A stretch of DNA of 53,322 bases from positions 1 to 53,322 of the forward strand of contig JAUWXV010000002.1 of the NCBI GenBank assembly GCA_030616165.1, in the 5' to 3' direction. Shown piece by piece: positions 1 to 9,650 of the stretch. The notes under the pieces were generated by a model. That model worked only from the letters and a program-made list of their open reading frames with translations, did no database searches and was not told the DNA's origin. Numbering within the stretch: position 1 is the first letter of the stretch; every line of letters starts with the position of its first letter. This stretch comes from a bacterium. GTDB lineage: Bacteria; SM23-31; JAUVVT01. The translations under genes and the position numbers were made by a program.

Positions 1-612
1 AGCCAAAAAAAGTTTGGGCAGAAGTTCTGGGTCGATAGGCTCATAAAGACCGCAACCATGTTTTTCCATTATTTTTTTATTAAAGTCCATATATACAACC
101 CCTTCATAAACCTGTATGACTCTATCCTGAAGACCAGCAGTAATACCGAGTTCGTCAGATTCGATATTTAAGATTAAGTTTGCCTGAATTGGTTTTGGAA
201 TTTCTACGTTATAAAATTTCATCAATGCTCTCAAAGATGCAGTTATTATAGCACTGGAACCGGCAAGACCGACCTGGCGGGGGATATTTGTTTCATATCC
301 GATGGTGAAATTCTTCTTTTCTAAGATTATGCTATTTTTTTTGCAGTAGTCTCCAAATTTTTTTATTGTTGCTTTGATAAGTCTTACACCGCCATAATAT
401 CCACTTTTTCTGACATCGTTAATTAATTCCTGAATGCCTGCGAACATTGATTTATCCCTTTCATCCGGGATTATATTGATTTCTGGACTTTCATAAAGTG
501 TTATTTCAGCCTTGAAATTTTTTAGTATTGTAGAAATGGTTTTACCAAAATATCCATCAGAGGGATTTCCAATCAATCCTGCTCTGGAATATGCTGAAGT
601 ATTAATTATCAT
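1..612 (-). CDS. GHMP-family sugar kinase, glucuronokinase-like. Only the N-terminal 204 codons are present; the gene runs off the left edge.
   Basis: Absent from the supplied ORF track. Hand translation from the ATG at 612-610 gives MIINTSAYSRAGLIGNPSDGYFGKTIS...GYYGGVRLIKATIKKF...TNIPRQVGLAGSSAIITASLRAL...ELGITAGLQDRVIQVYEG. GLAGSSA is the GHMP phosphate-binding motif. The overall string closely recalls plant glucuronokinase (from memory). Confidence 0.7.
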   Translation of the reverse strand, partial: MIINTSAYSRAGLIGNPSDGYFGKTISTILKNFKAEITLYESPEINIIPDERDKSMFAGIQELINDVRKSGYYGGVRLIKATIKKFGDYCKKNSIILEKKNFTIGYETNIPRQVGLAGSSAIITASLRALMKFYNVEIPKPIQANLILNIESDELGITAGLQDRVIQVYEGVVYMDFNKKIMEKHGCGLYEPIDPELLPKLFLA

Positions 613-664
613 TTTATTTTATTGATGAGCCCTTTTTGTTATATATCGGAATCTATTGACTAAA

Positions 665-693
665 AATTTAAAAAAAAATATTGTAATTGTCAA
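665..693 (-). promoter_or_regulatory. Possible sigma70-type promoter for the GHMP kinase gene (TTGACA-17 nt-TAAATT)
   Basis: On the minus strand, TTGACA lies at 693-688 and TAAATT at 670-665 after a 17-nt spacer. This is about 50 nt upstream of the ATG at 612. The promoter consensus for this lineage is unknown. Confidence 0.25.
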
Positions 694-800
694 TAATGAA
701 ATTTGTTTCCATTTCAAATTTATCCCAAGTGTTTAGGATGAATTAGAAATAAGAATAAAGTTTCTTTTCTGTCTCAGGCGGATACGCCGTGGCGGAGATT

Positions 801-820
801 ACTTTCTTTTCAAAGAAAGT
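801..820. repeat. Palindromic element ACTTTCTTTTCAAAGAAAGT (family C)
   Basis: The 20-nt string is identical to 30145-30164. Its reverse complement core occurs at 19832-19853. It lies 9 nt downstream of the M1 peptidase stop. Confidence 0.8.
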
Positions 821-828
821 GCTTTATT

Positions 829-3159
829 TTATTCATACTTTACTTTGCAAAGTACAGCATCAAAATCGTTGAATATTACCTTTTTCGGTTCATTTTCAAA
901 GCCGTCAAGGTTAAAATAAACAACTTTTCTGTCAATAAGTATAGAATAGGTTTTATTTCTTCCGTTTTCAAATACTATTGTAATGGGAATATACATTTTG
1001 AAGTCTTCGGGGACATTTTCCTGAATAACTTTTCCCTTTATGGCGAAATTATTGTATTTCGAGTCTACTTTTGAATATGAGAAACGGTAGAGAGGGATTT
1101 CTGTTCCGTAGACCCATTGATTGAAAAACCAGTCCATGTCGTATCCAATATGTTTTTCAACAATTGATTTAAAATCTTCAGTAGATGCTAACTTTTCTCT
1201 GTATGAATCAACAAAGTCGCGGAGCATATTTTTGAATTTGCTGTCGTCCATTGAGTTAAGGTTTGTCATAAGAATTTTAAGCATATGTAGGATATAAGCC
1301 CCTTTTTCATATACATTAACATCATAATCTGCTTTAAATCTTTGTCCAAGTCTTGTTCCTAACCAGAGGGGACCGGCTCCAATTCCCTCGCTTTTGTGGA
1401 TTTCTTCGAAGGAATAATTATATTTCATTAATCCCAGAGTCGAACCGATATTCCCCTTTTCGATGATGTCGTCTTTCCATGCAGATACAACCATCCTGAA
1501 TTTTTCATCATCGCCAATCCCTTCTTTTACAAACCATGCAGCCGAATATTCTGCGAATCCCTCACTTAACCATATATCATGATAAGTTTTCCAGAAGACA
1601 GTATGTCCCCACCACTGGTGCGAAACCTCATGTGCACAGTATAAATCTGTATAATCTTCTTCCTTGTACTTGTATGTAAAATTTGGAAGATAAATTAGAT
1701 TAGGAAATCCCTGCCCATAATATTGTGGAATTTCAGTTACAAATAATTTATTAAATTGGTATGCTCCGAGATTCTCAATAAAAAATCTTAATGCATTTGC
1801 AGTCTTTTTCCCGATTTCATTCAAGGTTTTATCGCTGTTTTCGACTCTGCCGTAAATAATAATCGGCGGTAGATTCTCCTCTTTTACTTCAATTTTCTTG
1901 TAAAAGCCGAGATTAAATGATGCAATAATAACGGGGATATTAACTTCCCATTCCGAACACATCAAATTGTCTTCATTCCATTCCCTTATTTTATCACCGC
2001 TTGAGACCAGTTTATATTTTTTTGGGAAGCGGTATGTAATTTTGTATATTGAGCGCTGATAAAAATCATATTTCGGAAACCATATATTCGATTTTTTTAT
2101 TGAAAAATATCCATCTTTTGTTTTTTCGAGTATTTTTCCTGAGTATTCTATTGTTATTTCATATTTATCGAATTTTTTCAAAGTGTCATTCAGTATGACG
2201 CTGAATCCCAATTCATCCTTTTTCTGAATAAAATCAAGTGTATTTTCTTTCTGATTGTAAATTTTGTCAACTTTCAGTTCTTTATCAAGTAAAAAGTTTA
2301 TCACCCGAGGGTTATTAACATTGGATATAAAACCAATTTTAGATTTAGCGTCGATTTTACCGTTCTCTGATATTTTTATATCAATATTATACTCCTTAAC
2401 ATCAATTTCTTCTTTGCTCCCGGAAAAAGATTCTTCAGGAGAGAAAAGGTTAATCCTGTAATATGGTTTATCCACTCTCTTTTCGAAATACTGGTCAAGT
2501 GATATTTCTTCTTTCCTTTTTGAGTCTTTGATTAGCACAAGATGACCCGGGTCCTTATATCCATTCTTGCTCATCTTTATATCGGCGAGGAAGAAACCAT
2601 CCTGATTTTCTGAAAGGATATCCGACAGAATTCTTGGAGAAATGTTATAGCTCATTCTTTTTAAGAAAAATTTAAATATATCTTTTTGGATTTTTTTGAC
2701 TTTTTTCGGAATATTATGTTTATTTAATTCAATTTTATTTTCTTTATCGAATTCTATGTTTCCTGTATATCTTATATAGACTTCAGAAAAATTTTCAATT
2801 AAACTATCTTTATCAGTAAATCTTTTTAGTTGGTATTTTTCTATATCATTTGGGGGATAATATTTAAAATCACCTTCTCCAATGAATAGAAAACCTGTTG
2901 TTATTCCTTTTATTGGTTCCAGAAAGTAGATTTTACCTTTTTTCAGATAAAAATTGCTGTTATAAATTTTTAAGTTTAATTTTTCTATATTTGCTACCCT
3001 ATTTTCATCGAATTTTATGTTATCAAGTTTGTCATATATAAAGATAGCTTCTGATTTATTATTTGATGTTTTGTCAACATTTATAAGAGATTTCCCGCAT
3101 AAAGTAACAAAGGGTACTAATAAAAGCAAGAGGACAATTTTATTTTTGATTTTTTTCAC
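829..3159 (-). CDS. M1-family zinc metallopeptidase (aminopeptidase N-like), probable lipoprotein
   Basis: The gluzincin signature HEVSHQWWGH is followed by WLSEGFAEY. The N-terminus MKKIKNKIVLLLLLVPFVTLCGK has a lipobox-like TLC. The start codon is GTG. Confidence 0.85.
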   Translation of the reverse strand: MKKIKNKIVLLLLLVPFVTLCGKSLINVDKTSNNKSEAIFIYDKLDNIKFDENRVANIEKLNLKIYNSNFYLKKGKIYFLEPIKGITTGFLFIGEGDFKYYPPNDIEKYQLKRFTDKDSLIENFSEVYIRYTGNIEFDKENKIELNKHNIPKKVKKIQKDIFKFFLKRMSYNISPRILSDILSENQDGFFLADIKMSKNGYKDPGHLVLIKDSKRKEEISLDQYFEKRVDKPYYRINLFSPEESFSGSKEEIDVKEYNIDIKISENGKIDAKSKIGFISNVNNPRVINFLLDKELKVDKIYNQKENTLDFIQKKDELGFSVILNDTLKKFDKYEITIEYSGKILEKTKDGYFSIKKSNIWFPKYDFYQRSIYKITYRFPKKYKLVSSGDKIREWNEDNLMCSEWEVNIPVIIASFNLGFYKKIEVKEENLPPIIIYGRVENSDKTLNEIGKKTANALRFFIENLGAYQFNKLFVTEIPQYYGQGFPNLIYLPNFTYKYKEEDYTDLYCAHEVSHQWWGHTVFWKTYHDIWLSEGFAEYSAAWFVKEGIGDDEKFRMVVSAWKDDIIEKGNIGSTLGLMKYNYSFEEIHKSEGIGAGPLWLGTRLGQRFKADYDVNVYEKGAYILHMLKILMTNLNSMDDSKFKNMLRDFVDSYREKLASTEDFKSIVEKHIGYDMDWFFNQWVYGTEIPLYRFSYSKVDSKYNNFAIKGKVIQENVPEDFKMYIPITIVFENGRNKTYSILIDRKVVYFNLDGFENEPKKVIFNDFDAVLCKVKYE

Positions 3160-3339
3160 TTTTATGTTTAAAATATTGAAACTTTTTATTATATTATAAC
3201 ATTATAATATAATAGGGAATATGGTTAAAACCAAATCTAATTTATCAAATGTAAAATATAAAAAAAATTGAATGTTTTTTAAAAATATTTGTATTTATAT
3301 TAGAGTATAAATTTCAATAATTTACTAAAAATTAATATT

Positions 3340-4896
3340 ATGAATATTTCATTTATAAACAGGTTCAGCAGAAGAAATATTATCATTCTCGGTATATTTT
3401 TGGTTGTATTATTAGGACTAATATTAAACTATTACGTTGGGCATGGGAGAGTTAAGATTCCAACTGCGGAAGTAAGAAGGGGTGAAATTCTAATAACTCA
3501 AACAGAGACTGGAGAAGTGAGAGCGTCCAAAAACCAAACTATAACAGCACCAGCATCGTCAAGAAGAATGAGCAATCTTCAGATTGTTGATATGATTCCC
3601 GAGGGAACTACGGTAGAAAAGGGTGATGTACTTATTCAATTTGATACTAACGAGATGGAGGATTTAATTAATCAAAGAGAGGAATCGTTACAATCCTTGG
3701 AAGAGAATCTTGAAAAATTGGAGGCACAGCAGGCTTCGACTATGGAGGACTTTGATGCTGATTTGAAGACCATAAATAATAATTATGAACTTGCTAATCT
3801 TACTTTTGAAAATATGAGATACGAATCCGAAAATAAAAGGCAGGAAGCAAAACTCCAGTATGATAATGCAAAGTTGAATTATGATGCTCAAATTACCAGG
3901 ATTGAAAACCAAAAAATTATAAATAGAGTTGATAAAAATAATAGACTACGGCAAATTGAAGAAGCAAAAAATGACCTGGAATGGGCAAAAGCACAGTTGA
4001 AAAGATTAACCGTAACTGCTCCAAGCCCTGGACTGGTTGTCTATAAAGAGACTTTTAGCATAGGGACATTTGAAAAAGTAGAAATCGGGGATAATGTTTT
4101 CCCACAACAGCCACTTATAGAACTCCCAGACCTCAGTGAGATTCAGGTAAAAATGAGGATTAATGAAATTGATGTGGATAAATATGAGAAAGGTATGGAG
4201 GTTAATGTAACACTCGACGCCTATCCTGAAGAATCATTTACAGGAATTGTCACAGAAATATCCCCTCTGGTTGAAGGATTTATGCAGAATATAAAACTCT
4301 TTAATGTTATTATGACTATTAAAGAAAAAAACAACCCTATGCTCAGACCGGGTTTTACCGCAAGAGCCGAGATTGTCCTGAAGAAAATGCCCAATGCTCT
4401 TTATGTTCCTGTAGAAGCAGTCTTTGAAAAAGAAGGTAATCCGATAGTTTTTACTAAAGGGTCAGGATATAAACATAAAGAGGTGACAATCGGCGATAGA
4501 AATGAAAATTATATCGTTATTTTAGACAACTTGGAAGAGGGAGAGGAGGTGGCTCTGATTGACCCAACCGGAAATGCTGAAAGATTAGGGGCTGCACTCG
4601 AACTGCGGTTAAGGTTGGAGAGGAGAAAAGAAATAATCGAAAGATTCCTTGCAGGTCCTGCCCTCCCTGAAGAAAAAAGGGCAAAAAGTGGAAGAGATGC
4701 ATTTATTCCTGAGCAGGCAACTCCTGAAATTATGGGTGATTATTTAAATGAACTTCTTCAGGACCCAGAAATCAAAAAAGAATATTATAAAATGATTGAA
4801 AAAGACCCTGAGTTTGAAAAAGATACACAAAAGAGAACTCAGTTTTATATGGAAATGCTTCAGAAAATCAGAGAAAAAAATATAGAAAAAGAATAA
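3340..4896 (+). CDS. HlyD/MacA-type periplasmic adaptor (membrane fusion protein) with a charged C-terminal extension of about 110 aa
   Basis: It has an N-terminal TM anchor (IIILGIFLVVLLGLILNYYV) and a long coiled-coil segment. Barrel/lipoyl-like strings are present (GDVLIQFD, LTVTAPSPGLVVY, PLIELPDLSEIQV). It is a paralogue of the next gene. Confidence 0.8.
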   Translation: MNISFINRFSRRNIIILGIFLVVLLGLILNYYVGHGRVKIPTAEVRRGEILITQTETGEVRASKNQTITAPASSRRMSNLQIVDMIPEGTTVEKGDVLIQFDTNEMEDLINQREESLQSLEENLEKLEAQQASTMEDFDADLKTINNNYELANLTFENMRYESENKRQEAKLQYDNAKLNYDAQITRIENQKIINRVDKNNRLRQIEEAKNDLEWAKAQLKRLTVTAPSPGLVVYKETFSIGTFEKVEIGDNVFPQQPLIELPDLSEIQVKMRINEIDVDKYEKGMEVNVTLDAYPEESFTGIVTEISPLVEGFMQNIKLFNVIMTIKEKNNPMLRPGFTARAEIVLKKMPNALYVPVEAVFEKEGNPIVFTKGSGYKHKEVTIGDRNENYIVILDNLEEGEEVALIDPTGNAERLGAALELRLRLERRKEIIERFLAGPALPEEKRAKSGRDAFIPEQATPEIMGDYLNELLQDPEIKKEYYKMIEKDPEFEKDTQKRTQFYMEMLQKIREKNIEKE

Positions 4897-4966
4897 TAAT
4901 CTGAAATAAAACAAAATTTTTATAAAAAATTATTTTATTTATAATTAAAAGGATGTGAGGTAAATC

Positions 4967-6346
4967 ATGAATATAAAAAGATTCTTAACTCGTAAGAATA
5001 TTATTTTGAGCACTGCTGCTTTAATAATAATAGTAGTTTTTTTAAATTTGGTAATCAAGCCCGGAACTGCTGATATAGCGGCGTATGCTGTAACGCAAGG
5101 TCCTTTTGTTATTAGCATAAATCAGAGTGGAGAGATGTTTGCAAAGAATTCTGAATCTATATCCGTACCCGATGATGTTCGGGGGAATCTACAGATAATT
5201 TATCTGGCTCCAGAAGGTTTACGAATAACGAAGGGGGATATATTGATAATGTTTGATACAAGTGATTTGGATACAAGGATTGAGGAAAGAGAAGCGACAC
5301 TTCTTCAAAGACAAGAAGAACTTGAGAAACTTGAGGCAAGTCAATCCTCACAGACGGCATCCCTTATGTCTTCATTAGAGGTTACCAAGAATAATTATGA
5401 ACTTTCTAAGATACGTTTACAGCAGATGCAGTTTGAAGCGGAAACAAGAAAACAGATAGAAGAATTGAACTATAAAAATTCTCAGATTAATCTTAGAAAA
5501 CAGGAACAGAATATTGAACATCAGAAGACAATTAATGGTGTTGACTTAAACAATTCTAAATTGAGGATAGAGAGAGCACAAAGAAATCTTGATGAAGCCA
5601 AACAGGAACGTGAAAAACTCATTGTAAGAGCGCCGATGGAAGGATTGGTTGTATATAAAGAGAATTTCAGAAGTGCTAACCGGGAGAAGGTAAAGGTTGG
5701 AGACACTCCGCATCGAAGAATGGCTTTGATAGAACTCCCAGACCTTTCTGTAATGCAGGTAAAAACAGCTATTAATGAAATAGATATCAGGAATGTGGAG
5801 AAAGGACAGGATGCTGTTGTGAGATTAGATGCTGTACAGGATGCAGTATTTACCGGAAAAGTAACCGATGTGGCATATCTTGCAAGGAGAGAGAAAGGTT
5901 CAGACGTTAAAGTTTTTGATGTAATCATTACGATAGATGGTGGAGAAAATCCATTATTGAAGCCGGGAATGTCGGCAACGGTGGAGATAGTTACTGAAAA
6001 AATGGATGAAAAGGTTTTCATTCCGCTGGAATCAGTTTTTGGAAAAGAGGGAAAGACTATTGCCTATGTATTGACTTCGTCCTGGCAAGAGAGGGAAATA
6101 AAAGTTAGTAAAAGCAACAGCAATTATATTGTTGTTGATGAGGGATTAAGTGTAGGGGAACAAGTGGCATTGAGGGACCCGACAGTAAGACTCGAACAAT
6201 TTGGGACAGAAATTAAGGCACCTGCTGAAAGAACTTCTTCCTCCAAGGGGGGAGCGGGAGCCGGCAGTGGGATGTTTGATATAGGGAGAATTAGAGATAT
6301 GATGATGAGAGGCGGGGGTGGGGGAATGGGAAGAGGGGAACGTTAA
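4967..6346 (+). CDS. Second HlyD/MacA-type periplasmic adaptor with a Gly/Met/Arg-rich C-terminal tail
   Basis: The architecture and collinear motifs match the previous ORF (GDILIMFD, LIVRAPMEGLVVY, ALIELPDLSVMQV). A GAGGT SD lies 6 nt upstream of the ATG. The tail reads GGAGAGSGMFDIGRIRDMMMRGGGGGMGRGER. Confidence 0.8.
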   Translation: MNIKRFLTRKNIILSTAALIIIVVFLNLVIKPGTADIAAYAVTQGPFVISINQSGEMFAKNSESISVPDDVRGNLQIIYLAPEGLRITKGDILIMFDTSDLDTRIEEREATLLQRQEELEKLEASQSSQTASLMSSLEVTKNNYELSKIRLQQMQFEAETRKQIEELNYKNSQINLRKQEQNIEHQKTINGVDLNNSKLRIERAQRNLDEAKQEREKLIVRAPMEGLVVYKENFRSANREKVKVGDTPHRRMALIELPDLSVMQVKTAINEIDIRNVEKGQDAVVRLDAVQDAVFTGKVTDVAYLARREKGSDVKVFDVIITIDGGENPLLKPGMSATVEIVTEKMDEKVFIPLESVFGKEGKTIAYVLTSSWQEREIKVSKSNSNYIVVDEGLSVGEQVALRDPTVRLEQFGTEIKAPAERTSSSKGGAGAGSGMFDIGRIRDMMMRGGGGGMGRGER

Positions 6347-6430
6347 ATTAACATATTTACTTGTAATTTAATGGATAATCTTTTTTAAATTAATAAAAAA
6401 ACAATAATAAATAAAAATAATTAAGAGAAA

Positions 6431-7666
6431 ATGAATATAAGTGAAAGTTTTAAAACTGGACTGGATGGAATCAATTCTCATAAACTTCGGTCATTTTTGA
6501 CTATGCTTGGGATAATCTTTGGTGTATCAGCAGTTATTGCAATGCTTTCAATAGGGGAAGGTGCAAAACAGGAGGCACTCGAACAGATAAGAGTTATGGG
6601 AATGAATAACATATTAATTCAAGATTTTCAGTTAGAGACAGAAGACCTGGCTTCTATTAGAACAAATTTCTCAAGGGGACTTACATATGAAGATGCAAGG
6701 TCAATTGGGGATATATGTCCTCTTATAGATTATGCCACACCTCAGAAGGAATTTAATTTATCTGTTAGTTATAAGGATAAAGTAACAATGGCTACCGTAG
6801 TAGGAACAACTCCAGAATATTCAGAAGTATTAAATTTCCCGGTAAGTGAGGGTTCATTTGTAACTTATTACGACGTGGCTAACCGAAACAGGATCTGCGT
6901 TTTGGGTGGTGGAATAAAAAAGGATTTGTTCGGATTTGAAGACCCGATTGAGAAAAAGATTAAGGTTGAAGACCTCTGGTTTACTGTAATTGGAGTTATG
7001 ATAGATAAAGATATACCTGCTGGAAAACAAGGGAGCATTAAAACAAGAAATCTTAATCAGGATATATATATACCAATTACTGCATCTTTCAAGAGGTTTG
7101 TTAATGACCCATTTGCAAGTGAGATAGACCAGGTTACTGCGAGAGTTGTTAATTCCGAAAGGATAACTGAAGCGGCAAATATAATTAGAAATATTATGAA
7201 CAGGAGACACATGGGTGTTCCCGATTTTCAAATTATTATACCTGAGGCGTTACTTCGTCAAAGTCAGGAAACTCAGCGTATATTCAACATAGTTATGGGT
7301 GCTATTGCCGGGATTTCCCTTTTAGTTGGAGGGATAGGGATTATGAATATTATGCTCGCATCGATATTGGAAAGAACAAGAGAAATTGGTGTTAGGAGAG
7401 CGGTTGGAGCAACAAGGATGGACATTCTCGGACAATTTATTATTGAAGCGATTCTGATAAGTTTTTCCGGAGGAATTATTGGGATTTTTCTCGGATATGG
7501 TTTGACAATAGCGATAGCTTTTTATGCTGACTGGAATACCATAGTCAGTTTCTATATGCTTATGTTAGCTTTTGGAGTTTCGGTAACGGTGGGATTAATA
7601 TTCGGTATTCTGCCTGCAAGAAAAGCAGCACTTCTTGACCCTATTGATTCATTGAGATATGAATAG
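6431..7666 (+). CDS. MacB/FtsX-family ABC transporter permease (no nucleotide-binding domain)
   Basis: The N-terminal TM is LRSFLTMLGIIFGVSAVIAMLSIGEG, followed by a large periplasmic domain. The C-terminal FtsX-type region contains ERTREIGVRRAVGATRMDILGQF and three TM helices. Confidence 0.85.
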   Translation: MNISESFKTGLDGINSHKLRSFLTMLGIIFGVSAVIAMLSIGEGAKQEALEQIRVMGMNNILIQDFQLETEDLASIRTNFSRGLTYEDARSIGDICPLIDYATPQKEFNLSVSYKDKVTMATVVGTTPEYSEVLNFPVSEGSFVTYYDVANRNRICVLGGGIKKDLFGFEDPIEKKIKVEDLWFTVIGVMIDKDIPAGKQGSIKTRNLNQDIYIPITASFKRFVNDPFASEIDQVTARVVNSERITEAANIIRNIMNRRHMGVPDFQIIIPEALLRQSQETQRIFNIVMGAIAGISLLVGGIGIMNIMLASILERTREIGVRRAVGATRMDILGQFIIEAILISFSGGIIGIFLGYGLTIAIAFYADWNTIVSFYMLMLAFGVSVTVGLIFGILPARKAALLDPIDSLRYE

Positions 7667-7687
7667 AGGTCTCTTTTTAATGATGGG

Positions 7688-7713
7688 GGACAGACAAGAA
7701 TGTCTGTCCTACC
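7688..7713 (-). repeat. 26-nt REP-like hairpin GGTAGGACAGACATTCTTGTCTGTCC (family A), single copy
   Basis: The minus-strand reading matches the copies at 37160, 37198, 40382 and 40453. The stem is GGACAGACA/TGTCTGTCC. Confidence 0.85.
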
Positions 7714-7736
7714 ATCTAATGTTTTTGTGTAAGACT

Positions 7737-7764
7737 AATCCGCTTCAGGCGGATTTGTTATTTT
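7737..7764 (+). terminator. Hairpin plus T-run between the permease and TolC genes (possible attenuator or partial terminator)
   Basis: AATCCGC-TTCAG-GCGGATT forms a 7-bp stem, followed by TGTTATTTT. A related CAGGCGGAT string occurs at 775-790. Confidence 0.4.
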
Positions 7765-7821
7765 ATAAAACTTTGGTAAAAAAATTCTTAATTTAAACAA
7801 ATTAATATGAGAGGTGAAACT

Positions 7822-9357
7822 ATGAAAAGTAAAAATTTATATAAGAAAATTATTCCCTTTATAATTTTAATCTTCTTGTTTTCGTTAAACACCTATGGAC
7901 AGGAAAAAAGGGTTCTTACACTCCAGGAGGCTATCGATATAGCATTAAGGGAAAGTTATACGGTAAAATCTTTCCAGCAGGATGTAATAATGATGGCAGA
8001 AAGGTATCGTTCACAAAGGGCAAACTTTAGACCATACGCTAATTTTAATATTAGAACACCAAGTTTTATGGAAAGTGTCAATGCAACATATACAGGAGGG
8101 CTTCCAGTTTATCAATCACGCGGGAATTTGCAATTTGATGGTTCACTTGATTTTAATTATGTAATTCCAACTAATGGAACATTTACGTTAAGGTCGTCTT
8201 TAGAAAGGACAAGAAATGATGTATGGAGAACGGACAATGAAACAGGTGAATACATAATGCTGCGGGATAATAAAGCGCTTACAAATTTGCGTCTGAGTTT
8301 CAGGCAGCCTATTTTTACTGATAATACTTTGAAAGAGGGACTTCAACAAGCAGAATACAGTTATGAAAGGTCTCTTAATAGATTTAACAGTAATGAAAGG
8401 GATATAATCTTTAATGTAACTAGTGCCTTTTTTAATCTTTATCGTGCTACCAGGCAGTTGGAAATATACAGAGAGAGAATGAATAATTCGCTCGATGCTT
8501 ATACACTGGCAAAAATGAAGTATGACGCTGGAATTATTCCTGAAGTTCAGGCACTTCAACTGCAGGTTGACAAGGCACAGAGTGAGGCTAATTATGTCTC
8601 TGCAGAGAATTCTCTTGAAAGTGAAAAGATTTCTTTTAAGCAATTAATTGGCCTTGACATTGATGATGATATAGAAGTTGTTGCGGATATAGAATATAAA
8701 TCCTTTAAAATTGACCTTAATAAGGCTTTAGAGGAGGGTTTAAAAAATCGCTCCGAACTCAGTGTGAGTGAAATAGAGATTGAATTAAGTAAAATTAATG
8801 TGAAGAGTACGAGAAGACAAAAAGAATTTAAAGGGGATATAAATTTATATTATGATTTCACAGGTGTGAGTTCTACTCCAACAGACCTTTTTCCTTCATC
8901 ATTTGAAGATTTTTGGAATCGACCGCCTAACCGGGGTATTACCCTGACATTTTCATATCCGATAATTGATTGGGGAAGAAATGATGCAAGAGTCCAGTCT
9001 TCACTCGCATCCTTAAGGGATGCAGAACTTAGGCTTGATAATCTGAAAGTTACCATTGAAAGGGATATAAGAGATGTAGTGAGAAATGTAAAAGAATCGG
9101 AAACCACGCTGGAAATATTGAAGATTGCTCAGGAAGTTGCTCAAAAAAGTTATGAAATCAGTAAAGGGCGATTTGACAACGGGGATATTACAAGTCAGGA
9201 ACTTGCCAGAGACCAGGAAGCACTTACCAATACACAGTTGAGTTACCTGACCGCTTTTATTGCTTATAAGAGAAGCGTCGCTGACCTGAAAAGAAAGACT
9301 ATGTGGGACTTCGAAAGGAATGAATCATATCTCAAAGATACATATATTGATGAGTGA
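7822..9357 (+). CDS. TolC-family outer membrane efflux protein
   Basis: The signal peptide is MKSKNLYKKIIPFIILIFLFSLNTYGQ. An OEP-type start (LTLQEAIDIALRESYTVK) and two-repeat organisation follow. AGAGGTG lies 5 nt upstream of the ATG at 7822, so this start is preferred over the ORF-track start at 7807. Confidence 0.85.
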   Translation: MKSKNLYKKIIPFIILIFLFSLNTYGQEKRVLTLQEAIDIALRESYTVKSFQQDVIMMAERYRSQRANFRPYANFNIRTPSFMESVNATYTGGLPVYQSRGNLQFDGSLDFNYVIPTNGTFTLRSSLERTRNDVWRTDNETGEYIMLRDNKALTNLRLSFRQPIFTDNTLKEGLQQAEYSYERSLNRFNSNERDIIFNVTSAFFNLYRATRQLEIYRERMNNSLDAYTLAKMKYDAGIIPEVQALQLQVDKAQSEANYVSAENSLESEKISFKQLIGLDIDDDIEVVADIEYKSFKIDLNKALEEGLKNRSELSVSEIEIELSKINVKSTRRQKEFKGDINLYYDFTGVSSTPTDLFPSSFEDFWNRPPNRGITLTFSYPIIDWGRNDARVQSSLASLRDAELRLDNLKVTIERDIRDVVRNVKESETTLEILKIAQEVAQKSYEISKGRFDNGDITSQELARDQEALTNTQLSYLTAFIAYKRSVADLKRKTMWDFERNESYLKDTYIDE

Positions 9358-9385
9358 GAAGAATATTAAGAATTAATTTTTTTAT

Positions 9386-9416
9386 AAAAACCGCCAATTC
9401 TTTTGGCGGTTTTTAT
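9386..9416 (+). terminator. Rho-independent terminator of the efflux operon
   Basis: AAAAACCGCCAA-TTCTTT-TGGCGGTTTTTATTT is a GC stem followed by a T-run, about 30 nt after the TolC stop. Confidence 0.75.
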
Positions 9417-9524
9417 TTGTAAAATATCCAGCAGCACGTTAATAATCTTTTAGATTAACACAAAACATGAAAATATATCCTGTTTTAGGATTAATAATTT
9501 TTTTATATTTATAACATAGTTATT

Positions 9525-9613
9525 GCGTAGGGGCGGGCTTGTCCGCCTCTGGTGGGTTTACCCGCCCTCATTATAAGGGCGAACCCAAAGGACAAGCAAG
9601 TTCGCCCCTACGT
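9525..9613. repeat. Composite GC-rich palindromic element (family D) with GTAGGGGCG...CGCCCCTAC termini
   Basis: The outer arms GCGTAGGGGCGGGCTTGTCC and GGACAAGCAAGTTCGCCCCTACG are imperfect inverted repeats. Inner hairpins are GGGCGGG..CCCGCCC and GGGCGAAC..GTTCGCCC. The GC-rich island sits in AT-rich spacer. Confidence 0.75.
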
Positions 9614-9650
9614 GGGAATTTATCAGATATTATAAATATAAATACCTTTT

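Noticed and set aside
5521-6021. A 166-aa antisense ORF inside the second adaptor gene, and similar antisense ORFs at 6854-7231, 8200-8643 and 8850-9107.
   Set aside because: They lie opposite well-supported genes, have no RBS or recognisable motifs, and have the composition typical of shadow ORFs.
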